Source of the DNA: an uncultured Sphaerobacteraceae bacterium | GTDB taxonomy: Bacteria; Chloroflexota; Chloroflexia; Thermomicrobiales; UBA6265 | Assembly (NCBI GenBank): GCA_964371945.1 | Contig: CAYJPA010000003.1 | Coordinates: 29,179 to 93,178 of the forward strand | DNA length: 64,000 nucleotides | Reading direction: 5' to 3' | In this document: one piece after another, positions 25,826 through 35,402 of the stretch | How the letters are laid out: each line of letters begins with the position of its first letter | Position numbering within the stretch: position 1 is the stretch's first letter | Made by a program: the position numbers and the translations under genes | Notes under the pieces: model-generated | Told to the model about the DNA's origin: nothing | Seen by the model: the letters and a program-made list of their open reading frames with translations, nothing else | Database searches by the model: none

Positions 25826-26410
25826 ATGGAATCCGACGAGCGAGCTGTTCCTTTGCTCCCGCGAGCCCTAATCGACACATCCGTCCTTTACGCCGTCACC
25901 CTTTGCGATCTGGTTCTACGTCTGGCCGAAACCGGTCTCTTTACCGCGATCTGGTCCGAAGACATCATTGGTGAACTGCATCGCAATCTTGAGCTTCGTA
26001 TTGGCACCGAGCGAGCAACCCGTCGAATTGAAGCAATGCTAGGAAGTGGTGTTCTTGTCGAAATAGAACAGGCTCAATACTCAGCTCTAGTTTCCTCAAT
26101 GACCAACCATCCAGGCGATCGACATATTCTGGCAGCCGCGGTTGCCGCCAAGGCCTCGATCATTTTGACTCTCAACCGTCGCCACTTTCCAGACGAAGCC
26201 GCTCAATCGCTTGGGATCAAGATTCAGGTACCTGACGAGTTCTTACTGGAATTTTTGAATTCGGAGCCTGGAATTCTTGCAGACGTGATTAGAAGTCAGG
26301 CGAATGCGATGAGGCGGCCACCTGCTTCTGTCCAGCACGTTCTGGACGCTCTTCTGCTGAGTGCTCCATCCTTCACCGAGGAGGCAAGAAGGCTCGTGAA
26401 TCGGGAGTAG
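25826..26410 (+). CDS. PIN domain nuclease (type II toxin-like) with C-terminal extension
   Basis: ALIDTSVLY (first acidic PIN motif) and GDRHILAAAVAAKASIILTLNRRHF. AGGAGA SD. Confidence 0.8.
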   Translation: MESDERAVPLLPRALIDTSVLYAVTLCDLVLRLAETGLFTAIWSEDIIGELHRNLELRIGTERATRRIEAMLGSGVLVEIEQAQYSALVSSMTNHPGDRHILAAAVAAKASIILTLNRRHFPDEAAQSLGIKIQVPDEFLLEFLNSEPGILADVIRSQANAMRRPPASVQHVLDALLLSAPSFTEEARRLVNRE

Positions 26411-26495
26411 CCTCGTAATGTCCACATTTTGGAGACTAAACCCTTTCGGGACCGCAGAGTGCTGAGAAACGATCTGAACAGCGAGGAATCTGATT

Positions 26496-27569
26496 TTAGC
26501 CCGAACGGGAGTCCCAGCGGAAGAAACGAACGGCGATGAACATGCCGACCAGGAAGGTGGCGAGCAGCACGACCAGATCGGCCCAGATCGTCTCTAGCCC
26601 CTTCCCTCTGGTCATCGGCTCCCTCAGCGCATCGACGAGAAAGCGCAAAGGCAGGATTTTGGTTATCGGCTGCAGCCAGCCCGGAGCTGAGTCGACCGGA
26701 AAGAAGACGCCGGACAGAAACAGCATCGGAAAGGCAATGAGGTTGGCATAGCTGGCGGCTGACTCTACATTTTTCGCGAACCCCGAGATCGCGAATCCGA
26801 TCGCTAGAAAAGCCAACGACCCGATCACAACTCCCAGCAAAATGACAAAGACGTTTCCCTTGATGTCGAGACCGAAGACCGCACGAGCCAATGCGACCAG
26901 GATCACCGCCTGCGCCACCGCGACGATCAGCGTCGTCATGACGCGCGCAAAAACAAAGCTCGTCAACGGGAAGGGCGTCACCTTGATTCGTCGCAGAATT
27001 CCCCGCTCACGGTAGATAACGAACGCCGTCGACAGACCGATCACGCCAGAATTCATCAGTGCCATCGCGAGGATTCCAGGAACAAAGAAGTCGATGTAGA
27101 TGATATTCGTCGCGCTTACCGGTTGCTCGACGATGTCGACCGGGCTCTCGCCCTGCGCCACGGTAAGCAGGATTTGGCGAACGACGCTGATCGCGATGTT
27201 CGAGCTCGGCCCCTCGGTCTCGTCGTAATAAAGCTGAACCGACGGGCGACCGGAGGTCTCGGAATGAGATCCAAATGCGAGCACGATGTCCCGGTCGCCA
27301 TCCTCGAGTGCCTCGAGCTCCTTGCTTTCGGTAGCCGTGTCATGCACATCAAATGCGTCGCTGCTGTGCATTGCGTCGACTGTCGCCGCCTTAAATGCCG
27401 AATCGGCTCCAACAACCCCGACATCGAAGGTGAGGCTAGTGTCGTCGTTGAACACCGTTCCAAAAATCAAGATGAAGATCGCCGGAAACGCAAGGTTCCA
27501 AAAAATCGCCTGCCGGTTGCGGATAGTCATTTTGAGATTGGCTTTGATCATCGCGAAGAGCGCGGTCAT
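26496..27569 (-). CDS. ABC-2 type transporter permease
   Basis: Six-TM ABC-2 architecture with a large first extracytoplasmic loop. Lies downstream of the ABC ATPase. Confidence 0.85.
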   Translation of the reverse strand: MTALFAMIKANLKMTIRNRQAIFWNLAFPAIFILIFGTVFNDDTSLTFDVGVVGADSAFKAATVDAMHSSDAFDVHDTATESKELEALEDGDRDIVLAFGSHSETSGRPSVQLYYDETEGPSSNIAISVVRQILLTVAQGESPVDIVEQPVSATNIIYIDFFVPGILAMALMNSGVIGLSTAFVIYRERGILRRIKVTPFPLTSFVFARVMTTLIVAVAQAVILVALARAVFGLDIKGNVFVILLGVVIGSLAFLAIGFAISGFAKNVESAASYANLIAFPMLFLSGVFFPVDSAPGWLQPITKILPLRFLVDALREPMTRGKGLETIWADLVVLLATFLVGMFIAVRFFRWDSRSG

Positions 27570-27626
27570 GTTCTACTCCGTAACTCGTTTCGGCTGGATT
27601 CGGCGATGCTCGTCAACTGGGCGATG

Positions 27627-28607
27627 TCAGCCTCTTCGTCGTCTGGGACGACCTCGGTTCGGTTCCGGCTCGGCAGTTCGGCCGTTTTGCTCCTCGTAAG
27701 TACGCCCGGTGAGGCTCAGAAAAACATCTTCGAGCGTCGACTGTCGAGCGCCAAGGTCGGCAAGCGTGACACCCAATCGCCCGGCGAGAGCAAGCAGCCC
27801 GACCAGCGTCTGCTGAACATCGGTGGTTCGAAGCAGGATCGCGCCGTTCTGGTCGCTGCTCGTCGTCACGCCGGTCAGAGAAGCAAGCTCATGCGACGGA
27901 AGCGCTCCAGACGTGGCGTGAGCCTGAATGGTCGCTTGCGATCCCAGGGTTCGGATCAAACCGGCAGGCGTGTCGTTTGCGATTACCTTTCCCCGATCCA
28001 TCACGGCAACCCTGTCGCAGAGGATCTCGGCTTCCTCCATATAGTGCGTGGTCAACACGACGGTGGCTCCGGTGGCGCGCACATCCTGAACCGTTTGCCA
28101 GAGATCGCGGCGAGCGCCGGGGTCAAGTCCAGTGGTCGGCTCGTCCAGGAAAACGACCGTCGGCCGGTTAACCAGCGCGAGTGTGATCGAAAGACGTTGC
28201 CTCTGCCCGCCGGAGAGCTCTTCGACCCGCGCCTTGCGTTTGTCCTGCAATCGCACGGTCGCCAGGAGCTCCTCTACTCTGGCCGCGGAACCGTCCACGC
28301 CGTACAAACCGGCATAGAGCTGAATCAATTCCGTTGCGTTCAGATAATCGAACAACGCGGTCGTTTGGAGTTGAACACCGATGATCTTTCGGACTCGATC
28401 GCTCTCCGCCACGGCATCGATGCCTGCAACTCTGATCGAGCCCTCATCGGGCTTGCGAAGCCCTTCGATCATTTCGAGGGTGGTCGTTTTGCCCGCGCCG
28501 TTCGGTCCGAGGATGCCAAAGATCTCGCCGGTTTCGACGATCAGGTCGACATGATCGACAGCGGCGACCGGGCCGTATCGTTTCACCAAACCAAAAATTT
28601 CGATCAT
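27627..28607 (-). CDS. ABC transporter ATP-binding protein
   Basis: MIEIFGLVKRYG..., Walker A GPNGAGKTT, signature LSGGQRQRL, Walker B VVFLDEPTTGLD. The start is placed at ATG 28607, and the upstream part of ORF 27627..28979 looks non-coding. Confidence 0.9.
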   Translation of the reverse strand: MIEIFGLVKRYGPVAAVDHVDLIVETGEIFGILGPNGAGKTTTLEMIEGLRKPDEGSIRVAGIDAVAESDRVRKIIGVQLQTTALFDYLNATELIQLYAGLYGVDGSAARVEELLATVRLQDKRKARVEELSGGQRQRLSITLALVNRPTVVFLDEPTTGLDPGARRDLWQTVQDVRATGATVVLTTHYMEEAEILCDRVAVMDRGKVIANDTPAGLIRTLGSQATIQAHATSGALPSHELASLTGVTTSSDQNGAILLRTTDVQQTLVGLLALAGRLGVTLADLGARQSTLEDVFLSLTGRTYEEQNGRTAEPEPNRGRPRRRRG

Positions 28608-29034
28608 TGCGCTCGAGTCGTTCGGGGAAAGGGTGCGATGCGAGCTCAAAGACAAGGTTGTGACTCCGTTGCGGGGCTGCTGACATTCTCGTGCGGTCGC
28701 AGGTCTTGGCGAACATCTGCCGCGGATCACTATACGCCGGGAGTAGCGGCGACAAGCCCATCGACGCCGCATTCCCATGCATGAATTCAGTTTCCAATTC
28801 CAGGTTAAATCGGCCGATGAGACCTGGAGATACACAATTCTACGTATCGACGCATGGAGTTCCCAATCGCAAATACGCTGAATTTCCCATGACGACGACG
28901 ATGCGGCGGGAGAAGATGAAGGCAGCGAAGATCGACTTCTCGCCTCGCCCAGTTCGAAAGGAGGAATGATCAACAACACACGAGCTAATTGAATCTAATC
29001 GAGTTGGATCGAATCATTAATTGAGGAGTTGAGC

Positions 29035-31302
29035 GTGAAATCAGTGTTCTCCACCGCGGGTTTGGCGCGGATATCGGCGCACCACCCGTGGAAAGTCTTG
29101 GCATTCTGGTTCGTATTGTTGATTCTGGCGACCGTATCCGCGCCTTCGCTTGGCGACGCACTCACCACGGAATCGAAGTTCACGAATCGTCCGGACTCCA
29201 TTGTCGCTGACGAGCTCTTAGAGAGCCGGCTTCGCGGCGAAAAACCGATGACCGAAACGATCGTCATCCGATCCGAAACGGCGACAGTCGACGACGCGGA
29301 GTTCCGTGCGACCGTTGACAGCGTTATGACCGAACTGAATTCTCTTTCTGGGGTCGTCGCGTCGGCGGAGAGCTACTACGGAACAGGGTCCGAGGAGCTC
29401 GTTTCAAAGGATCGCCAGACGACCATCATTCCGGTGACCCTGGTGGGGGATCTGGACGAAGCCACCGAGCATGTTGAAACCCTAATCGCATCGCTCGATA
29501 AGACCGCTACCGACGGCTTCCAGGTTCTCACGGTTGGGGATGCCAGTCTCAACTTCGAGCTTTCCGAGATCGCGGAAGAAGATATGGCGGCAGGCGAGCA
29601 GATCGGAATCCCGGTCGCGATCATCATCCTGGTCGTCGTGCTCGGTGCTCTGATCGCCGCGGGCCTTCCAATCGTGATCGGTCTGATCTCGGTCTTCATC
29701 GCGGTGGGAATGGCCGCGGTGGTCGGACGTTTCTGCGATCTCTCATTCTTCATTGTCAACATGATCGGTATGATTGGGTTGGCAGTGGGCATCGACTACT
29801 CGCTCTTCGTGATCTCCCGCTATCGTGAAGAACGCCGACGAGGCAATGCCAAGCTGCTGGCGATCGAAATCGCCGGCGGAACCGCGAGCAAAGCCGTGCT
29901 CTTCTCGGGCGTTACGGTTATCTTCGCGCTCTCCGGCATGTTCATCGCCCCCGGCACTGTCTTCCGCAGTGTTGGACTCGGCGCGGTGTTGGTCGTGATC
30001 GTCGCGATTGCAGCCACCCTGATGTTGATGCCGGCGCTGCTCAGCCTGCTGGGCGATCGCCTCGACTGGCCGCGCAAGCGCCAATACGATGAAAAGGCGA
30101 TTGCCGCCCAGGATCAGCGCGACCACGAAACCATCCACGCCGGCTTCTGGGGAACAATCACCCGAGTGGTGATGGCCCGCCCAGTCATCAGCATCCTGCT
30201 CGCCGGCGGACTCCTGATCGGACTCGCAATCCCGTATCTCGATGTGAAACAGGGCTCAGTTGGCGTCTCCGGGCTCCCCGTTGGCGCGGGAACACGCGCT
30301 GCCTATGAGCTTCTGCAACGCGACTTCGCCGCGGGAACCGTCGCGCCGGTCGAAATCGTGGTCAACGGACAGGTCAATGATCCCGCGGTCGCGGCAGCAA
30401 TTGACCACATGGTCGGAATGCTGCAAACGGATGGATCATTCGGACCGGTAACCGTCATCCCGAATGAAGCGGGCGACCTTGCCCTGATCTCGACGCCGCT
30501 GACGTTCGCTCCGGACACCACGGCCGCTTTCGACACCATCGACCGCCTCCGTGACGAGGTTATCCCAATGGCCTTCGCGTCGACTCCCGCGGAGGTCTGG
30601 GTTACCGGCCAGTCGGCCTATGTCACCGACTTCAACGACGTCACTTCTCGCTTCACACCGCTGGTCTTTGCCTTCGTGCTCGGGCTTAGCTTCCTGCTCC
30701 TGCTTGTCGCGTTCCGATCGCTCGTCGTGCCGGCCAAGGCGATCGTGATGAACCTGCTCTCTGTTGGCGCGGCCTACGGTTCGATCGTGCTCGTCTTCCA
30801 AAAGGGCTACGGCGCCGATCTGCTCGGATTCCAAACGGTGGACGCCATCGAAAGCTGGTTGCCGCTCTTCCTCTTCTGCGTGCTCTTCGGACTGAGCATG
30901 GACTACCACGTCTTCCTGCTCAGCCGGATTAGAGAGCATTACGATCAAACCAAGCGAAACGGCGAATCCGTGGCCGTCGGGCTGCAGGCAACCGCAAAGC
31001 TCATCACCGGCGCGGCACTGATCATGGTCGCGGTCTTTGGTGGATTCGCGGCGGGCCGCCTGATCTCGTTACAGCAAGTAGGGTTTGGACTCGCGATCGC
31101 GGTCTTCCTGGACGCGACCGTGGTCCGCTCGGTCCTCGTCCCGGCCAGCATGGCGCTCCTGGGTGATCGCAACTGGTATCTCCCGCGCTGGCTGGAATGG
31201 CTGCCGAACTTCAATGTCGAGGGCGTGGCTCACCAGGAACCGGCGATCAAACCGGTCGCGATCCCGGCATTCGGAATCGCCATGACCTCCGGCGACGACT
31301 AA
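29035..31302 (+). CDS. MMPL family (RND superfamily) transporter
   Basis: Duplicated modules with GIDYSLFVISRYREERRRG and GLSMDYHVFLLSRIREHY. GAGGAG SD lies 5 nt before GTG 29035 (TTG 29029 is the alternative). Confidence 0.9.
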   Translation: MKSVFSTAGLARISAHHPWKVLAFWFVLLILATVSAPSLGDALTTESKFTNRPDSIVADELLESRLRGEKPMTETIVIRSETATVDDAEFRATVDSVMTELNSLSGVVASAESYYGTGSEELVSKDRQTTIIPVTLVGDLDEATEHVETLIASLDKTATDGFQVLTVGDASLNFELSEIAEEDMAAGEQIGIPVAIIILVVVLGALIAAGLPIVIGLISVFIAVGMAAVVGRFCDLSFFIVNMIGMIGLAVGIDYSLFVISRYREERRRGNAKLLAIEIAGGTASKAVLFSGVTVIFALSGMFIAPGTVFRSVGLGAVLVVIVAIAATLMLMPALLSLLGDRLDWPRKRQYDEKAIAAQDQRDHETIHAGFWGTITRVVMARPVISILLAGGLLIGLAIPYLDVKQGSVGVSGLPVGAGTRAAYELLQRDFAAGTVAPVEIVVNGQVNDPAVAAAIDHMVGMLQTDGSFGPVTVIPNEAGDLALISTPLTFAPDTTAAFDTIDRLRDEVIPMAFASTPAEVWVTGQSAYVTDFNDVTSRFTPLVFAFVLGLSFLLLLVAFRSLVVPAKAIVMNLLSVGAAYGSIVLVFQKGYGADLLGFQTVDAIESWLPLFLFCVLFGLSMDYHVFLLSRIREHYDQTKRNGESVAVGLQATAKLITGAALIMVAVFGGFAAGRLISLQQVGFGLAIAVFLDATVVRSVLVPASMALLGDRNWYLPRWLEWLPNFNVEGVAHQEPAIKPVAIPAFGIAMTSGDD

Positions 31303-31325
31303 CGTACGAATCTACGTTGACCGAA

Positions 31326-31355
31326 ACGGCGGCGGGGAATGATCCCTGCCGCCGT
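31326..31355. terminator. Hairpin between convergent MMPL and DinB genes
   Basis: 12-bp stem acggcggcgggg/ccctgccgccgt (one G-T pair) with loop aatgat. No clear U-tract. Confidence 0.4.
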
Positions 31356-31364
31356 CCTAGCTTG

Positions 31365-31889
31365 CTAAAAGGGGTATCCCTGGGCGCCTTGCATCCCTTT
31401 GATGCAGGAGATTTCGCCACTGTGAGCCACGGCGTTCGCCATGAGTTGATTGAGCACGTAGCCGAGGGCGAAGGACCCCGGCCATCCAACCGAGGTGAAG
31501 TCGTACTCTTTTGCAAGGTCGCCCGGGGTGAGTCCAGCGAGAAATGAATCAGTCGACGCGTAGACGGCCCGCGCATACGACTTGAGTGCCGGAAGGTCCA
31601 CCACGACCATGCGCGCCCAATCGGTCCAATCGCCGAGAGGTGGCCCCTCGCTGAAGCCGCTCTTGCCCTGCCATTCACTCATAAAGAGCGGAGCTCTGCC
31701 GGAAATCACATGGTTGAGAAAGAAGTCTTCCGCGATCAGGTGGTGGACATAGTGGGCACCCGCGGGCACAACTCGACCTGGCGGTTGCCAGGCCGCATGC
31801 TCGGGAGTCATGTCTGCCACGGTCCCTTCCAGCCACTCGTGATTGTTTGCGAAAATGGCTCGATAGAGTTCGATGGTCGGTTCAGCCAT
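31365..31889 (-). CDS. DinB family protein
   Basis: Four-helix-bundle DinB_2-like pattern with spaced His residues (HAAW, HYVHH, AVAHSGE). GGAGGAG SD before ATG 31889. Confidence 0.7.
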   Translation of the reverse strand: MAEPTIELYRAIFANNHEWLEGTVADMTPEHAAWQPPGRVVPAGAHYVHHLIAEDFFLNHVISGRAPLFMSEWQGKSGFSEGPPLGDWTDWARMVVVDLPALKSYARAVYASTDSFLAGLTPGDLAKEYDFTSVGWPGSFALGYVLNQLMANAVAHSGEISCIKGMQGAQGYPF

Positions 31890-32399
31890 AACTATCTCCT
31901 CCACTGCTGCGACAGTTCAGTCGAAACGATTCGCGGCTCATGCCTGGAATGCTTTCGCCCGGTCGCACAGAAAGTACGAACTTTCCGCGCAGAAGGATCA
32001 TCCTGTACGTACTCCGCATCGCGCCCCATCGGCGAGAATTCGCTTTGTGTTGCTGAATAACGGTAAACATACTGGTTTATCCCCACAAAATACGATCGCG
32101 GTTTCATTGATCGATGTTCATTTAGGCCATGTTTTCCGTGGGGGCAGACCGCCGTGTCTGTCCTTGCTCAATGCAGAGCACATCCATTCTGAGCGCGCGC
32201 TCGATGCATTTCTATCGCTAATCGACCTGATCCAATGCCCTCGTTCAACACTGTCCGTACATCAGTCAGACCAATGGCGCAGGACTCCGAACAGGAGCCT
32301 CGCATGACCCGCGGCCCATGTGCCTTTACCTTAGTCCTACCTAAACTAGGCGAACGGCCACCCCGACCCCCCGGCAAACTGCTTCGTCAGTAAGGGCAA

Positions 32400-34676
32400 A
32401 TGATGCGATTGGAAATCAAATTCCGCGGTGTCTCGCCGGTCGTGGTCGCGCTTCTCTTCGGCACGATGATCCTTGCGCCCGGAGTCGTTCCTTTTCACCG
32501 AAGTGGACACACAGCGCAGGCGGCGGCCCGAACTCTGTACGTCGACCCTTCGGGGTCCGACACCACCGGATCAGGCGCCCCGTCCAAACCGTGGAAAACA
32601 ATCGGAAAAGCAGTCGCTGAGGTTGTCGCGGGCGATCTCGTACTGATCAACCCTGGCACGTACTCAGAAACCATCACCATCGAAGAGGTGCACGGCACAT
32701 CCAGCTCGCCCATCGTTTTCAAAGCCAACGGCGCCGGCATGGAGATCAACGGCTCCGCCAGCTCACGCGACGCCGTCTTCGTAACCTACTCGAGTCACGT
32801 TGAACTGGAGGGCTGGACCGTCCGCGATGCGCCGCGAGCCGGACTCCGTATCGACGCTTCCGACCACATCACCGTCAGAGACGGCACGTTCAAGAACAAT
32901 GGACGCTGGGGAATCTTCACCGGCTTCAGCGACGATTTGTTGATCGAGTACAACGAGGCGTACGGTTCTGTGCTCGAGCATGGGATCTACCACAGCAACA
33001 GCGGCGACCGTCCCATCATTCGCGGCAACGTCATCCACGACAATCACGCCGCCGGACTCCACATGAACGCCGACGAATCGCAAGGCGGAGACGGCATCAT
33101 CTCGGGTGCATTGGTTGAAAACAACATCATCTACAACAACGGCGTTGGCGGCGGCGCTGCGATCAACTTGGACGGGATCATCAACTCGATCGTTCGGAAT
33201 AATTTGCTCTACAACAATCACGCCAGTGGAATTGCGATCTTCCAGCAAGACGGCGCGGTCTGCTCGCAAAACGACCAAATTCTGAACAACACCATCATCA
33301 TGGCCTCGGACAGTCGATGGGCGATCACAATTCCGGGTTCCAACTGCATTAACAACAAGCTCTTCAACAACATTCTCTACACAGGCCATTCATACCGGGG
33401 CAGCATCTCGCTCGGCACCTGGCCGATCAGCGGGCTCCAGAGCGACTACAACGTCGTCATGGACCGCTTCACCGCGAACGACGGCGACAGCCGGCTGACG
33501 CTTCCACAATGGCAGGCGCTCGGAAACGACACCCACTCGAGGATTTCAACTCCTTCTGAACTCTTCGTCTCTTCCGGATCGGATTTCCATCTCAAGTCGG
33601 GCAGTCCAGCGATCGATGCCGGCCGCACCCTGGCGAACGTAACCTCGGACCTCGATGGCAATAGCCGGCCGCGTGGGAACGCCTACGATGTGGGCGCGTA
33701 CGAAAGTGGAGCCGCCGCATCGACTCCCACATCGACATTGACCGCCACCAACACGGCCACGCGAACTCCAACCGCCACGATGACCTCTACCAAAACCGCA
33801 ACCGCCATCTCGACAACAACCCTAACGCAAACGGCTTCACCAATCCCAAGTGCATCGAGCACCGGAACATTGACGCCTACGGCAACGCCGACCCCGACCA
33901 AGACTCCATCTCCGGCGAGCACGGCAACCGCAACAGCGACTCATACGCGGACGTCGACCTCAACTCCGACAAACACGCCTTCGAAAACAGCCACAAAGAC
34001 TCCGGCGCCGGTCGTCAAGCCCTCCTGTTCATTGAGCGACTCGAGTGCACGGGTTGGAACAAAGATCGTCGTCTCATGCAAGGGATTCCTCCCATCTGAG
34101 GCAGTCGAGCTCTTTTGGGACTCCACGAACGGGAAACAGCTTGCCGAGGGCATAGCGAACAAAGGCAAGATCGAGTTCACCATCGCAGTGCCTGATTCGA
34201 AGCGAGGCAGTCACAAGCTCATCGCTCGCGGCGATTCCAGTGGGAAACAGGTCTCGAAATCGTTCGCGGTTGAATCCCGGGTCGCGCTTTCCCCAAGCTC
34301 GGGCAGCGGCGGCGTCAAGGTCGCAGTCAAGCTAACCGGCTTTCGTTCAGGCGAGATCGTGACTCTCAGATGGTATGTCTCGGGAAGCACCACGCGAATG
34401 GTACGCAGCTCGATCACAGCCGGCGCCAATGGAAGCGTCGCCACCTCATTCACCGTTCCTTCAGAGGAGTCAAGCGGGGCTCACAAAGTTGAAGCCCGTG
34501 GAAATTCCGGCAGCCGCGCCTCCGCGACGTTCACCGTCAAACCAGTCAAAACCGCGACCATCGAGGAATCGACGTCAATCCCAACCCCCGAACCAACCCA
34601 AACATCAACTCCAATCGCGGAAGAAACAGCAATTCCCGATCCCGAAAACTCCGACCCCGAAACACCGCAACCCTGA
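32400..34676 (+). CDS. Secreted right-handed parallel beta-helix repeat protein with Thr/Pro-rich linker and C-terminal Ig-like repeats
   Basis: Repeats NNIIYNNGVGG, NNLLYNNHASG, NNILYTG. Linker TPTSTLTATNTATRTPTATMTSTKTAT.... Two similar C-terminal modules (SCKGFLPSEAVELFWDS / KLTGFRSGEIVTLRWY). Confidence 0.85.
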   Translation: MMRLEIKFRGVSPVVVALLFGTMILAPGVVPFHRSGHTAQAAARTLYVDPSGSDTTGSGAPSKPWKTIGKAVAEVVAGDLVLINPGTYSETITIEEVHGTSSSPIVFKANGAGMEINGSASSRDAVFVTYSSHVELEGWTVRDAPRAGLRIDASDHITVRDGTFKNNGRWGIFTGFSDDLLIEYNEAYGSVLEHGIYHSNSGDRPIIRGNVIHDNHAAGLHMNADESQGGDGIISGALVENNIIYNNGVGGGAAINLDGIINSIVRNNLLYNNHASGIAIFQQDGAVCSQNDQILNNTIIMASDSRWAITIPGSNCINNKLFNNILYTGHSYRGSISLGTWPISGLQSDYNVVMDRFTANDGDSRLTLPQWQALGNDTHSRISTPSELFVSSGSDFHLKSGSPAIDAGRTLANVTSDLDGNSRPRGNAYDVGAYESGAAASTPTSTLTATNTATRTPTATMTSTKTATAISTTTLTQTASPIPSASSTGTLTPTATPTPTKTPSPASTATATATHTRTSTSTPTNTPSKTATKTPAPVVKPSCSLSDSSARVGTKIVVSCKGFLPSEAVELFWDSTNGKQLAEGIANKGKIEFTIAVPDSKRGSHKLIARGDSSGKQVSKSFAVESRVALSPSSGSGGVKVAVKLTGFRSGEIVTLRWYVSGSTTRMVRSSITAGANGSVATSFTVPSEESSGAHKVEARGNSGSRASATFTVKPVKTATIEESTSIPTPEPTQTSTPIAEETAIPDPENSDPETPQP

Positions 34677-34837
34677 CCCCGTCGTACCCCTCAACCCAAG
34701 ACTCATCGCGAGCGGCGCCCCACGATTCGTAGCGGCACATGGCATGTGCCTGGTTCCAGCCACTGGATCACTCAACATTGAACCGGGTTTCTACATCCAG
34801 GCAACCCGAGCCCGCTGCAACTCTGTTGCTCGTGACT

Positions 34838-34885
34838 TGAGGCTTGCAGCTTGCAGCTTGAGTCTAACAGCTAGCGGCTAGCAGC
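34838..34885. repeat. Short intergenic element: GCTTGCA heptamer x3 plus two GCTAGC sites
   Basis: ttgaggcttgcagcttgcagcttgagtctaacagctagcggctagcagc. Its reverse complement resembles 63927..63980. Confidence 0.6.
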
Positions 34886-35158
34886 TCACCCCCAAAACTT
34901 CCACCACGGCTTTCGGCCGCTGCTTGGATTGGGCCATTGCGCAGATCCTCCTGATTTTCGCCGGCTGGAAAAACCTTGAGCCATGCCGTAGATGATGCCA
35001 CCGAAGAAAAGCACTCCGAGAACCCAGATCAGCCAGCGGGGCCCGTTGTATTCGAGCTCATTGCCGGTCACAATCGACCAGACCAATACTCCACCTGCAA
35101 CCGCGCAGAGTCCTAAGAGCGCGATTCCAACAATGTTCTCTTTGTCGTCAAACACCAC
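34886..35158 (-). CDS. Small two-TM membrane protein (hypothetical)
   Basis: IVGIALLGLCAVAGGVLVWSIV and WLIWVLGVLFFGGIIYGM. AAGGAG SD (35164..35169) before GTG 35158. The ORF extends to 35260. Confidence 0.5.
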   Translation of the reverse strand: MVFDDKENIVGIALLGLCAVAGGVLVWSIVTGNELEYNGPRWLIWVLGVLFFGGIIYGMAQGFSSRRKSGGSAQWPNPSSGRKPWWKFWG

Positions 35159-35402
35159 AATCGCTCCTTGCAACGGTGTCTTGTCCCCCAATTGAACCGA
35201 TTGAGACCGCTCTGACGGGCACCACGTCCCATCGGAATTGTGACCTTGGCGTGACTCCATTCCGCGGGATCATCCTCATACTGATGCGAAGGTTGTCGAT
35301 ACCCGTCCACGCGATTCCGGCGCATTGGTGATCGTACCCCGTTCGCACCGAGTTTTGCCGGCGTCAACGATCGTATGTCGGTGTCCAAGGGGGCTGAGTA
35401 GG

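Noticed and set aside
28608-29028. Mini-ORF MINNTRAN after AAGGAGG (about 28953..28988) and ORF 28691..28969 in the ABC/MMPL divergent region.
   Set aside because: The SD-to-ATG spacing is only about 1 nt and the peptide has no features. The 92-aa ORF has an implausible composition. This is more likely promoter or leader DNA.
33720-34010. Repetitive DNA (acc/acg/ccg-rich), considered as a possible non-coding repeat array.
   Set aside because: It is in-frame coding sequence for the Thr/Pro-rich linker of the beta-helix protein. It is not a CRISPR or a non-coding tandem repeat.
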